The notes beneath the pieces are model-generated. The model did no database searches. It was not told the origin of the DNA and worked only from the letters and a program-made list of their open reading frames with translations. From contig CM059432.1 in the NCBI GenBank assembly GCA_030390025.1, positions 101,000,001 through 101,064,000 on the forward strand: a DNA stretch of 64,000 nt, written 5' to 3'. The stretch's first letter is position 1. The number at the start of each line of letters is the position of its first letter. This document shows positions 52,295-64,000 of the stretch, in pieces. The position numbers and the translations under genes are program-made. The stretch is from Squalus acanthias (taxonomy: Eukaryota).

Positions 52295-52813
52295 CTATCT
52301 GGCCAGGATGAGTGCATCCCTTGCATCACGGGCAGCCATGTGCTCGCGTGCTGCCGCTGCTGCTGGTCGATATGCCGCCACTCGCTCCTCCTCCTCCTCC
52401 TCATCTGAGGAGGCTATGAACTGAGCCACTTGCTCATCAGGAAGCTGCAAACCACGACGCTGTGCCATGTTGTGCAGTGCACAGCAGACTACGAGCATTC
52501 TGGAGACCCTGGCTGCTGAATACTGCAGGGCTCCACCTGATCTGTCAAGGCATCAGAATCGCATCTTCAGTGAGCCAATGGTTTGCTCGATGATGGACCT
52601 GGTCGAAATGTGGCTGGCGTTGTAACGTTCTTCAGCCTCGTTAACTGGCCTCCTGATCGGCGTCATTAGCCACTTCTTCAGGGGGTAGCCCTTGTCACCA
52701 AGGAGCCATCCATTAAGTTGGTTTGGAGGATTGAAGAGCGGAGGAACACTAGAGTTCCGCAGGATGAAAGACTCATGGCAACTACCACAGAACTTGGCGT
52801 GGATGCTCCTCAT
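52295..52813 (-). pseudogene. Harbinger DDE transposase (HARBI1-like) C-terminal half
   Basis: [51 protein letters not shown]; internal TGA; N-terminal half missing. Confidence 0.92.
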
Positions 52814-53445
52814 CCGAATCTGAGGTCCATGGTGAAAGGAAATAAATGGTTCCCATGCTGCTGGCAGGTACCTCCGTTGGGGAAGCGCTCAGTCCAAGCG
52901 GGGAGAGGGTCTTCCAAGGAGGTCCCAAAGTTGAGAGATAGAAGCTGCAGCACCTCCGACTTCGGTAGGCCTGCTAAAAGTGCTGAAAGACCTGTGGAAC
53001 AAAAGTTCTGCCACTGCAACTGATCCTTGATGAAAGCTCTGTTTTAATGGTGGAGCTGCAGCTGTGAGGAGGCCACCCACTTGTCAACCCGCCAGGATTA
53101 GCTGGCGTGGTTTCGGAGGGTCGTGCAACATGCACAAAATGTGGCAAAATAAGATTATAGAGGCCCTTAACTACTATTTAAGGGTCTTAACTACCTCTCC
53201 TGACTGATGGAGGCGGGACCGAATTGCACCCATCAAACCCGCCTCCGGCAAAATTGCGCGGAGTCGGGTTGGAGGCGGGTTCTGAACCCGCCCTCAGTTT
53301 GTGCCATTTTGCCAACTGTCCCGCCTCCAAACCCGCCTCCTCGGGGCTGGGGAAATCGTCCCCAAAGTATTAATCGAATTGAGAACCTCATATGCACTCC
53401 TAAACTTAATGCACAAAATTCAAGTTGCTTATGATAGGATTCCCT

Positions 53446-54100
53446 AGAATCACAGAATGCTACAGCACAGAAAGAGGCTATTTAACCTATCAAGTCTGTT
53501 ACATGGGGTACCTGGTCTATTGCCACTCTCCTGTTCACTCCTCATACCCTTTAACACTCTTCTTTTTCAAGCAATTATTTAATTCCCTTTTATTTATTTA
53601 ATTCTTATTTATGAATTATACTTCAACAAAAATTTATAGTAGCGAACTGTGTAAAGAAGATTTTTCTCACCTCCCTTTAATTATTTTTATGATTAATCAT
53701 CTCTATAAATGGTGGAAACAATGAGGCTGAAATTGGTCTCCAGTAAAAGCACGAAACAGGCGATAGCTAATCAGCAGTAATGTTTTGCACTGCACCTTAT
53801 TTTCTGTTCCATTTAAGTCAAAACGGCCTGTCGATTTGCTATCACTCGTTTTGCACTTTTACTGAAGACCAATTTCGCCCCAATCTATCAGTATTTACTC
53901 TATCATAGCCTTTCATGATTTTGAAGGCCTCTCACAATTCACCCCTTAAACTTCTCAACTGTAGTAAAAAAAGTTTTAACTTTTCAAGCGGCTCTTCATA
54001 ATTGGAACAGCTCATCCCTGACAACGATCCAGTAAATCTGTGTTATATGATATCCTTTCTATAATGGGGTTCTAAAAACTATACACATTACTCCAACTAA
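53446..54100 (-). mobile_element. Old CR1 3' fragment containing a MITE
   Basis: tagaatcacagaatgctacagcacagaa tail; ttcatgattttgaa; ctcatccctgacaac. Confidence 0.7.
53723..53881. mobile_element. 159-bp palindromic MITE, relative of 9756-9916
   Basis: gaaattggtctccagtaaaag / cttttactgaagaccaatttc arms, AAT TSD. Confidence 0.85.
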
Positions 54101-54105
54101 TGTTA

Positions 54106-54129
54106 TACACACACACACATACACACACA
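54106..54129. repeat. (CA)n microsatellite, followed by a purine-rich low-complexity tract (~54230-54550)
   Basis: Direct reading. Confidence 0.85.
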
Positions 54130-54811
54130 AACATATATTTGCCAATCTCTTGCTGTCTTGCACAAGGGGAGTCAATACCAAGTGAAGTAGTCAAGTAAAG
54201 CAAAGTTGTAGGGTAGGCAGAATAACTGGACCCAGATGAGGAAGGGGAGCAGCAAGAGGGTATAGGCAAAGCAGAAAGGGAAGGGAAAAACTGAGGCAGG
54301 GAGTGGGAGAGGAGATAAGTTGTAGAAGGAGAGAGGAGAGGATGATGAAAGGAGGGTGGGGAGGGAAAGGTGGATGGGGAAAGGGTCGGGGAGAGGTGGA
54401 GAACAGGGAACAATGGGGACAAGGATGTAGCTAGAGGAGGAAAAGGGGGGAGAGGAGCAAGGCGATGAAAAAATGGGAATGAGGATGCAGAGTTGGTCAG
54501 GGTACAGGGAGGGGAAAGGTGAAATGTGAGGATGAAGAGGAGTACAGGGAATGAGGTTCTTTGATTTACGGTTTGCGTGGGGGCACGTTAATTCATTGCC
54601 CTGCTCAGTGGGGAGAGGGGGGAAACAAGAGTTCAAATGGTGCACATGGGGGAAAGGATGGGAGTCAAGAAGCTGCTGGGGTAGTTTAATTGCCTGAAAA
54701 ACTGCTTAACTGGGAGAGCGGGAGAAGTACTGATCAACAGGGGAGTAAGAAATGTCTGCCATCTTTCTCAGTTGGGGGGGGGAGGAGAATTATTGTTCAT
54801 ATGGGGAATAA

Positions 54812-55025
54812 GAACAACAACTTGCATTTATATAGCGCCTTTAACGTAGTAAAACATCCCAAGGCGCTTCACAGGAGCGTTATTTAAAAAAAATTGATAC
54901 TGAGCCACATAAGGAGATATTAGGACAGGTGACCAAAAGCATGGTCAAAGAGGTAGGTTTTAAGGAGTGTCTTAATAGGAGAGAGAGGTAGAGAGGAGGA
55001 GAGGTTTAGGGAGGTAATTTCAGAG
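54812..55025 (-). mobile_element. L2 3' tail
   Basis: aacaacaacttgcatttatatagcgcctttaacgtagtaaaac. Confidence 0.88.
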
Positions 55026-55646
55026 GATGAGTTTCCAATATGGTGCTTTGTGAGGGAGTACCATGTGGTCCTCAGTGGGGAGAGATAAGTGCCAAATCTG
55101 CTGTTTACTGGGGGTGGAGTTCAATATGTTTCTGCAAGAGGGGAGATGCCCGACATTCTGTTCAGTGAGGGGAGGGTCGTTGAAGCATAATTTATTGATG
55201 CTAGCCCTGGAGATATGACCTCGACGTAGAGGGAATAAGGGTAGGGGTGGAGGCATTTCACTGTGTCACTGATGATGCTTGCACTGTTTACAGATGCCCC
55301 ATTAAGGGTTGAGCAGCCAGTCATGCATTCATACTTCCGAGGGTGTGTGTTGAATGGAGTGCAAGGGATTGTGTGGACGCACGACACTTGGGCCAGTTAT
55401 TGGCTGAGGGACAAATGGTGCGGTCTTAGCAAACAGGGGTTGAGGTAGGAAGCTATCCAGGGAACCAGTCAGGTATTAAAAACAATTAGAAATTTTTTAA
55501 ATTTTAATTTAGGAATTACATGGCTTAATATCTAATTGGCTGCTGGCTGAGACATACTTAAACTGCTCCAGTGACATGTGTTGGCCAGCTACATACAGAC
55601 TCAACGTGGTCTTAATATCAATTAAAGACTATAGAGCCAGTATTGA

Positions 55647-55781
55647 TAGAATCATAGAAATTTACGGCACAGAAGGAGGCCATTCAGCCCATCGTGTCTG
55701 TGCCAGCCGAAAAAAGAGCTATCCAGCCTAATCCCACTTTCGAGCTATTGGTCCGTAGCCCTGTAGGTTACGGCACTTCAA
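55647..55781 (-). mobile_element. CR1 3' UTR fragment
   Basis: atagaatcatagaa...cacagaaggaggccattcagcccatcgtg. Confidence 0.8.
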
Positions 55782-56194
55782 CTGTTTCACAGTTATATTT
55801 AAATGATAAATTGACTTCATCAGTAATCTAATATTGTTTTAGCAGCTAATGTTACATGACATAAGTGACATTAACATTGAAAATAACATCACAATGCCAC
55901 CTATAGGCATAACAGGTACTGAAATTAAACACTGACACTATTATTATGGATTTTCCCACAGACAGAGAGAGAGATTAATAAGGCATGCTGTTCAGTTTAT
56001 AGGGTGGTTTTACTGAATTCTGAGTCATTTTATCTCCAACACTGACTGTTAACACAGACGATGCCTAGTAGGCTCTGTGAAACTGCAGCCGAAAGAGAAT
56101 CACACTGAAAAATTAATGATAGAAAGACCATCATGCCAAGTTTACTGAAGAATAATTTGTGGTTGACTGGTCTCTCGGAAATTCTATGACCAAT

Positions 56195-56577
56195 AGAGTA
56201 TAGAAGAATGAGAGGTGATCTCATTGAAACATACAAAACTCTTACAGGGCTTGACTGGCTGGGGAGTCGAGAACCAGGGGTCACAGTCTCAGAATAAGGG
56301 GTCGGCCATTTAAGACTGAGATGAGGAGAAATTGCTTCAATCAGAGGGTGGTGAATCTTTGGAATTCTCTACCCCAGAGGGCTGTGGAGGCTCAGTCGTT
56401 GAGTATATTCAAGACAGAGATTGATAGATTTTTGGATATTAAGGGAATCAAGGGATATGGGGATAGTTCAGGAAAGTGGAGTTGAGGTAGAAGGTCAGCC
56501 ATGATCTTATTGAATGGTGGAGCAGGCTCGAGGGGCCAAATGGCCTACTCCTGCTCCTATTTCTTATGTTCTTATGT
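56195..56577 (+). mobile_element. CR1 3' end
   Basis: agaagaatgagaggtgatctcattgaaacata...ttcttatgttcttatg. Confidence 0.9.
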
Positions 56578-57483
56578 AATATACAAGATATACTTTTACT
56601 CACCTGACTTAATGTCCAATATGATTTCAAATACTAATTTGTACTAAGATTGAGGATGTCCCATTATATTAAAAAAAATATTGCGGCTCATAGTTTCTGT
56701 AACTTTTGCTGAACAATGCTACACGGTAATGTACAGAAATCACAATCTTTTCTGAGTTCTTTTTTCCTTAAGCTGTCTAAATAAATTTAATTATCCTGTC
56801 TTGTTAACAATTATTTATTTCAGAAAAAACTGTTTATCTAATTTAAAACTTAATGATTTACTTCTGTACCATTTGATATTAGAGTGTCATTGAACAGAAT
56901 CAGCTCATAATTCTTAAAATGAGTCACTCTGAGGAAAGCTCAAGGAATTAAGCAAGAAAGCACTCTGGCTATGGACACAAGAGTTCACAGTTATTTCCAT
57001 CATATTGGATGTGGGTTTGTTTTCTGTTGATTCATCAAAAACTTGTAAATTAAAGAATGAACCATTGAAGCAGCAATCCAACCTTATATGCCATGAGGCT
57101 GATTGATGAATCACCAGTCTAAAATTACAGACTGTACATTTTCACTCAAATACTTTCTGAATTACAGGACTATGTTTTTTAAGCTTTTGTTACATCAAAC
57201 TCTGCAAAATGAATCTGTCAAGCACACTTTCACTGGATCTGTTTCAGTTATTTTGGTAAGATTGGTGGGATAGCAGAAATGATTCTATGGCAAACAATAT
57301 TGAAATGATAAATTGACTCATCAGTAATCTAATGCATGCAATTAACAAGCTTTTTCTGTAACAGCCTTCTGATTTATCAGTACAGTACATTTAAAACACC
57401 AAAATTAATGCAAGATAAAAAATTACTCCAAATGAAATCACCATTTATTTTTCTATTTTACTTGTCTTATTGCAATACAGAAT

Positions 57484-58244
57484 GGTCCTGAAATTGTGGT
57501 CTCCGTGACAGCGTACTCTTAGAGTACACTGCCGTAATCCATTTGAAAGGCCCCGCAATTTCTGGATTTCCGCATGTGCTTGCGCATGCACTAAATCCGG
57601 AACTTGCAATCTGTCAAGGTACGCCTTGACAGATCATCCGAACCGCCTGAAAAATGAGTATTGCTGGCACAGAGTTGGGCTATTTGCCCAACAACTGCCC
57701 AGCAATTGCCCACGCAACTCTTACAGCTGGTAAAAGCAGGCATAGGGCCTGCTTTCATCAGCGTAAGGGTATATATAAGGCTTAAATAAAACATTTAAAA
57801 ATCCAAAATTATGCACATACACTTTAAATGAGTTTATGCAAATATTGGCCCGGATAAAGATGTTTAAAATTATTTATCAAAAAAATAAATTTTTATTGAA
57901 GTTGGTGCACTGCAGGAACTTATGAATAAAATTGCAATTCAGTACATTTATAATTATTAGAATTCTGTACATTGTATAATTATTTGGGGATTCCATTGCA
58001 TATCATTTGGAGATTCCCTTCGTAAATGATTGCAATGGAATGCTCCTTTGTCATTGGAGGACTGGGCCCATGTGATCCCAGGAACTCCTGCGTCCCTGGG
58101 ATCCATGGACCTTTACACTGCCGCCTGCCTGAAGGCCCGAGACCGCAACACTTCGCAGCCTGGACACCGGGAGATACTTTTAGAATTGTTTTGTGGGTCG
58201 GATGCGTACTCCAGAGGTACGCATCCAACCGCAATTTCTAGGCC
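57484..58244. mobile_element. Harbinger-type MITE
   Basis: ggtcctgaaattgtggt / accgcaatttctaggcc, AAT TSD. Confidence 0.8.
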
Positions 58245-58651
58245 AATATTGATGGTTGTCAGGGCAAAACTGTATTAATCGCTAGTTTTTTTTTAAATTG
58301 TACATGAATTGTACCATACTCGTGATGTACTGACATTACTGGCTACATTGTACATGCAATGTATAACTATGAACTCTAATTATGTTGCATCCTTGGTGAG
58401 TCAAATTCCATTACTTCAGCTGAATTGCTCTGCATTTGGTGTTTTTTTTGGTCAGTTCAGGGTATGACATGCATGAAAACCCAGCACCACGTTCTAGCGA
58501 CTCCACATTAAGCTACTGAAAATAGGTAGAATTTCTGTTTGCCCAAAATGGAATGCACGCTTTGACCGGCTAGCGACAAACTCTATTTACCGAAGTCCAG
58601 AAAGCTTAGGCAAGAGACTGGCAAGAGCAAAGGCTTAGCAATACCCAAATA

Positions 58652-59051
58652 CAGGAAACTCTTTATTAACCGGCACCAACGGGACCGGCGTGGTGCCGGT
58701 TTATCGAAAGTACCGGATAACGGAGAGTTATATCTACCGAGGCTATTTTTAACAAAGAAAAATAAATAAATCAAGAAATGTGCAGTATACTTCCGACAGC
58801 GTCAGGAGGCCGAGTAGTGGCACTTTTGAAAACTACCCCTACTGACGAAATCGGCGTTCGCGGACTCGGACTCGGGATCGGCAACATTGCCGGTTATTTG
58901 AGAGGAGTTTTCGGAGTACTCGGCGTTCGCGGGGACTCGACTGCGACTCGGCAACATTGCCGGTTATTTGAGAGGAGTTTTCGGAGGATGATTTTTGCCG
59001 GTTAAGCGAGAATTCCAGATATTTGGGTGCCGGATAAACAAAAGTTTCCTG
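58652..59051. mobile_element. Tc1/mariner-pogo (Tigger-like) MITE, 400 bp
   Basis: TA|caggaaactctttattaaccggcacc ... ggtgccggataaacaaaagtttcctg|TA. Confidence 0.85.
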
Positions 59052-59389
59052 TATATGGAAGGGGGCAGTGCTGCTGCAGTTCTACCAGTTAAAACTGAAT
59101 ATTAGTTACATTTACCCCACTAGGACCACTCTACATTTCACAGCATTAGTTTGCAGGATTATCTGGAGCCAAGTGAGAAGATTCTCAGCCCCCAGTAACA
59201 AGTCTACTCATCCAGGTCTCATTAATGAACCAGGAGGATTTGTAAATCATCAAAAATGCTCTGGAGTATTGTGAACCTGTGTGGGTCATGTCTTGCTAAG
59301 AAGGGTTGACCCAATTTCAATCTTCCACCACCAGTTGTGCCACCTTTGAGCTACTCACAGTTTACTTGCAATGTGGTATTAAGCCATAC

Positions 59390-59700
59390 AAAAGGAGAAA
59401 GGATACTGATTTGACCACTGGTGTGTGCTGATTTAGCTTATCCCAGCTGGGAGAGATGTGTTAGCGCTAAAATTGGCCTCAGGGTGTTCTAGTCTGGGGA
59501 AGTAAAAGAAGACAAGCAGAGATCTTGCTTCTCAACTGTCCAGTGATCCTGTTGGAAAATGGATATCATAGACAACGGAGAGGATAGCACCTCAGTTGTA
59601 ATGCTCTTCTCTCCAGCCCTCAAGGGTAAATAGCTTGCAGACACTCACTGACTAGGATCATTTATGAATAATGCTACTTGTGTGAGAGTGCCTCGGTGGC
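59390..59700 (+). mobile_element. Diverged SINE
   Basis: tgtgctgatttagct...aattggcctcag...tccagtga...aaatagcttgcagacactcactg resembles a shark SINE body as I recall it. Confidence 0.45.
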
Positions 59701-62247
59701 TGTGAACTCATATCTCAGAATCACTGGGGCCGACTTTCCTCTGCCCTGCTCCAAATAGCCACTGAAAAAATGGGTGCTATGCAGAGAATAAATTAGGGCT
59801 AATCCTTTGTTGCCATTCTACTCCTGAGTAGCAGTGTACACAAACATCCCCTATAGCTTTTCCGGTGTCTGCACCCGACTATACCTGAAGAGGGTGCAAC
59901 AATATAAATTTCACAGACCTCTCCACTGAAATTTTCTCGAATAGTGTTGGGGGCAGATCAATGGAAAAGTGCTTGCAGATAAAACGGGTACAACTAATTC
60001 CAGAGTTACTGTTTTCATGCTATTTGTCTGAAGGGACAGGTTGGTATCGTCAAGCGAGATTTTAATTTTTGTCTTTTTCAAATAAATTATGTTTTTGCTG
60101 CTCCTCTACTTGTTGCCGTACATTGTTATTCCTTTACACTTAGTGATGGAGGCTGCATTCAGTACTGTGCCAGTTCCTCCCCTTTTTGCAATATGGCTTT
60201 AGAGACAGGTGATGCGAAATAATGAGAAGCCACCTCATCATCTTCTGAATTGTTTCACATGGGCCTCTCCTGAGCCACCAACAACTGTTTTCCTACTATA
60301 CACCTGCATCAGACCACTCAGAATAAAATGATCAGCTTCACAGTTAAAGAAGCGACCTCCTCCGATTCCCATACTATCATTCTTCAAAGCCATACTTGTG
60401 TTCCCTGATCACCCACCTACTGCTTGGCACAATCGTGCTGTCCTCTTACCAGCTGCCTTCAAGGCAGGATGCAGAGGTGCTTGATTGCTGCTTAGGGTTC
60501 TGTTGCCATTCCAGTAAGGCACTGTAGCATGATCATATTCACTGGGAAAGAAGCCTTTAAATGTTCATGAAGACCAACAACATGCAAATTCCAGCTTTCG
60601 GCGGACATAAATTACAACATCATCACAAGTAATGAAGGTATTACTGGCCCCATCACAAGCGGGTCTAAACATTTTCAAGAAAGTTCTTCATTATTCTGGG
60701 GTCCAGGCTGTATCCCTGGCCTGATCCACAAGTGGGCTCCACATTCACCAGCTAAAAGGCCAATATGCGTGCTTTCACCCAGCGTACTGGCCACTAATCT
60801 TTTCTCAACCAGGTCATAGCTGGGGACTTGGGCACTCCAGGTGTTGGGAGTCCCTGCCCCTCATCCTGCATCACTGACTTTATTTGGAGTGGGCAGACAA
60901 CAACTCATAGAATCATGGAACTTTACGACACAGGAGGCTATTCAGCCAATTGTGCCTGTGCCAGCCGAAAAAGAGCTATCCAGCTCCTCATCCATAGCCT
61001 TGTAGGTTACAACACTACTTTTTAAATGCGGTAAGGATTTCTGCCTCTACCACCCTTTCAAGCAGTGAGTACCAGACCCCTATAGCACTCTGGGTGAAAC
61101 AAATTCTCCTCAACTCCCCTCTAATCCTTCTACCAATTACTTTAAATCGATGCCCCCTGGTTATTGACCTCTCTGCTAAGGGAAATAGGTCCTTCCCATC
61201 CACTATATCGAGGCCCCTCATAATTTTATACAGCTCAATTAAATCTCCCCTCAACCTTCTCTATTCCAAAGAAACACCAGCCTGTCCAATCTTTCCTCAT
61301 AGCTAAAATTATCCAGTCCTGGCAACATCCTTGTAAATCTCCTCTGCACCCTCTCCAGTGCGATCACATCCTTCTTGTAATCCGGTGACCAGAACTGTAC
61401 ACAGTACTCTAGCTGTGGCCTAACTAGTGTTTTATACAGTTCTAGCATAACCTCCCTGCTCTTATATTCTATGCCTCGGCTAATAAAGGACAGTATCGCA
61501 TATGCCTTCTTAACCGTCTTATCTACCTGTCCTGCTACCTTCAGGGATCTGTGGACATGCACTCCAACGTTCCTCTGTTCCTCTACACTTCTCAATATCC
61601 TACCATTTATTGTGTATTCCCTTGTCTTGTTTCCTTCCCAAATGCTTTAACTCACTTCTCCAGATTGAATTCCATTTGCCACTATTTTGCCCATTGATAT
61701 CTTCCTGCAATCTACAACTTTATTCCTCACTATCAACCACACGGTCAATTTTGTATCATCTGCAAACTTCTTCATCATGCCCCCTACATTGAAGTCTAAA
61801 TCACTGATACATAGTACTGAGCCCTGCGGAACCCCACTGGAAACAGTTTTCCAGTCACAAAAGCATCGGTCGACCATTACCCTTTGCTTCCTGCCACTGA
61901 GCAATTTTGGATCCAACTTGCCACTTTCCCTTGGATCCCATGGGCTTTTCATTTTCTGACCAGTCTGCCATGTGGGACCTTGTCAAAAGCCTTGCTAACA
62001 TCCATTTAGACTACATCAAACACACTACCCTCATCGACCCTCCTTGTTGCCGCCTCAAAAATTTCAATCAAGTTAGTCAGACATAAACTTCCCTTAAAAA
62101 ATCCATGCTGACTGTCCTTGATTAATCTGTGCCTTTCTAAATGACGATTAATACTGTCCCTTTGAATTTTTCCAATAATTTGCCCACCACTGAGGTTAGA
62201 GTGACTGGCCTGTAATTACTCAGTCTATCCCTTACTCTTTTTTTAAA

Positions 62248-63266
62248 TGATGTGGAGATGCCGGTGTTGGACTGGGGTGGACAAATGTGAGAAGTCGCAC
62301 AACGCCAGGTTATAGTCCAAGGGGGAAAAATTCAGTTGGTTGCGCCTCCCGTTAGCGCCTCAAGAGGGCGCTAATGGGGCGCAAAGCATCTGGCGCCCAG
62401 GCGCGGCGAAGTTTGCGCCGCTCGCGAAATTAACTAGACATTTTGCGGCGGCGCTAAACACTACCGCCACGATCTCCTGCACCGGCAGATCGTGACGTCA
62501 GTCGAGTGCGCAACGCCTCGGTATCGCCCCGGAGCGGATATTGAGTGGCGCCCCCTGCCTTACCGCCTGACGCTAGCAACGACAGGTTGAGGGGAGTGTT
62601 CTGCAGTCATGAAGGGGAAGGGGGAGCGCTATTTAAAGGTGACCGCTTCCTGCCTTTTATTGTTGGTGCCATTTTTGAACTACGCATTCTGAGAGAGAGA
62701 GGGAGAGACTTCTGGAGAGATTCAACGTTGTGTGAAGGAGTTTTGGGTACTGAGCAGCACTTTGCAGGTTCATTTTGATTTGCCATTCCTTGTATCGATT
62801 TAGAAGAGACTGTGGGGGCTGCACTCTGAGCTCTTTGCCTGGTACTCTCCATTGTTCTTTCCAGCAGATTTGATGTGCAGGTCTCTCCAGGCCGAGATTC
62901 AAGGCTGCAATGAGCAGGATGTGGATGGAAAGCAAGATTAACCATCCCCTTTAAGAACTGGCCCGTGCCATTGTGTGTGTGTTCCATTGCTGACTGACAT
63001 TACATGAGCTTCGCCAGCGCTCTGAGGTAGCGCCTCGCTCCTCGGCCTTTGCGCCTTAAGACAGGTGTGAAGCGCCTGATTTAGCGCTGCAATCACCTCC
63101 AGGGGCAATAAAAATCAAGTTTGCAGTCGGTGGCGATAATTAGCGCCAGGCGCTAATCTTTGCGCCCGGCCGATAATTGCGCCCCAAATGGGGCGATACT
63201 GAATTTCTCCCCCCAACAGTTTTATTTGAAATCACAAGCTTTCGGAGCGCTGCTCCTTCGTCAGGT
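62248..63266 (-). mobile_element. Penelope-like terminal fragment (62248-62320 and 63214-63266) with hammerhead core
   Basis: Minus strand ACCUGACGAAGGAGCAGCGCUCCGAAAGCUUGUGA then aaataaaactgttggactataacctgg. Confidence 0.75.
62321..63213. mobile_element. ~0.9-kb Harbinger-type MITE, copy 2
   Basis: TIR gggggaaaaattcagt / actgaatttctccccc, CAA TSD. Confidence 0.9.
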
Positions 63267-64000
63267 ACAACAGTACAATGTTAGCAGTCCTCCAGTCACC
63301 GGCACCACGCTTGCAGCCAGAGAGGATTCAAAAATGATGGTCAGAGCCTCCGCTATTTCTCCCTTGCATCTCTTAACAGCCTGGGATACATTTCATCCGG
63401 GCCTGGTAATTTATCTACTTTCAAAGATGCTAAACCCTTTAATATTTCATCTTTCATTATATTTATCCCATCCAATATTTCACATTCCTCCTAATAATCC
63501 CTACTCTTCCCTTAGTTATCTTCTTGCTCTTTATGTATTGATAAAACATTTTTGGGTTTTCCTTGATATTACTTGCCAATATTTTTTCATGCGCCCTCTT
63601 TGCTTTCCTAATTTCCTTTTTAATTTCACCCCTGCACTTTCTATACTCCTTTAAGCTTTCGGTAGTATTGAGCTCTTGGCATCTGACATAAGCTTCCCTT
63701 TTTTGTCTTATCCCACCTGTATGCTCCTTGACATCTACGAAGCTCTAGATTTGGAAGCCCTACCCTTTTCTTTGTGGGACATATTTGCTTTGAACCCTCA
63801 CTATCTCCTCATTGAATCCTCCCACTGCTCTGACACTGATTTACCTTCAAGTAGCTGTTTCCAGTCCACTTTCGCTAAATCACATCTCAACATAGTAAAA
63901 TTGGTCTTTCCCAAATGGAAAACTTTTACTCCTGGTCTATCTTCGTCGTTCTCCATAACTATGCTAAATCTAACTGAATTATGATCACTAGCACCAAAAT

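Larger units (their letters stand above)
49835..53362. mobile_element. PIF/Harbinger DNA transposon, two convergent genes, defective
   Basis: TIR ggcgcgattttccca / tggggaaatcgtccc; flanks aat/aaa; Myb/SANT gene on +, DDE nuclease on -. Confidence 0.92.
60905..64000 (-). mobile_element. CR1 ORF2 3' portion running off the window, with nested Penelope and MITE
   Basis: SGVPQGSVL, FADDTKL, LEYCVQFWSP, RGDLIELYKIMRGLD; catagaatcat tail. Confidence 0.92.

Noticed and set aside
52295..52813. Domesticated host HARBI1 gene
   Set aside because: Lies inside TIRs next to a Myb partner, has an internal stop and lacks the N-terminal half; it is a transposon relic.
54072..54645. Ser/Pro-rich minus-strand ORFs
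   Set aside because: Produced by a purine-rich low-complexity tract.
55025..55470. Possible LINE endonuclease N-terminal relic on the minus strand (ASINK, LAET-like)
   Set aside because: Too degenerate to call by eye.

Overview
Vertebrate genomic DNA, most likely a cartilaginous fish (shark-type repeat families). The window appears to lie entirely within a large minus-strand gene, CSMD3. Only two short coding exons are present (39533-39620, 88 nt; 33916-34040, 125 nt); together they encode one Sushi/CCP domain and are missed by the ORF track. The rest is intron, densely filled with transposable elements: a near-full-length but defective CR1 LINE with a 16-unit ~45-bp tandem array at its 5' end, many CR1/L2/RTE/Zenon-like LINE fragments, Deu-type and LF-SINE-like SINEs, Penelope fragments with hammerhead-ribozyme cores, DIRS relics, a probable solo LTR, a Tigger-type MITE, and a large set of PIF/Harbinger elements (one 3.5-kb defective two-gene copy plus more than 15 non-autonomous derivatives, many with 3-bp TSDs). 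The ORF-track entries I could assign are TE fragments; the rest look spurious. The most unusual signals are: the splice-donor-rich CR1 5' monomer array; a tRNA-SINE head joined to a LINE body; hammerhead cores on the host sense strand; Harbinger families with family-specific subterminal motifs and non-TWA target duplications; and several multi-layer nested insertions. All calls are by eye; TE boundaries without a stated TSD are approximate.
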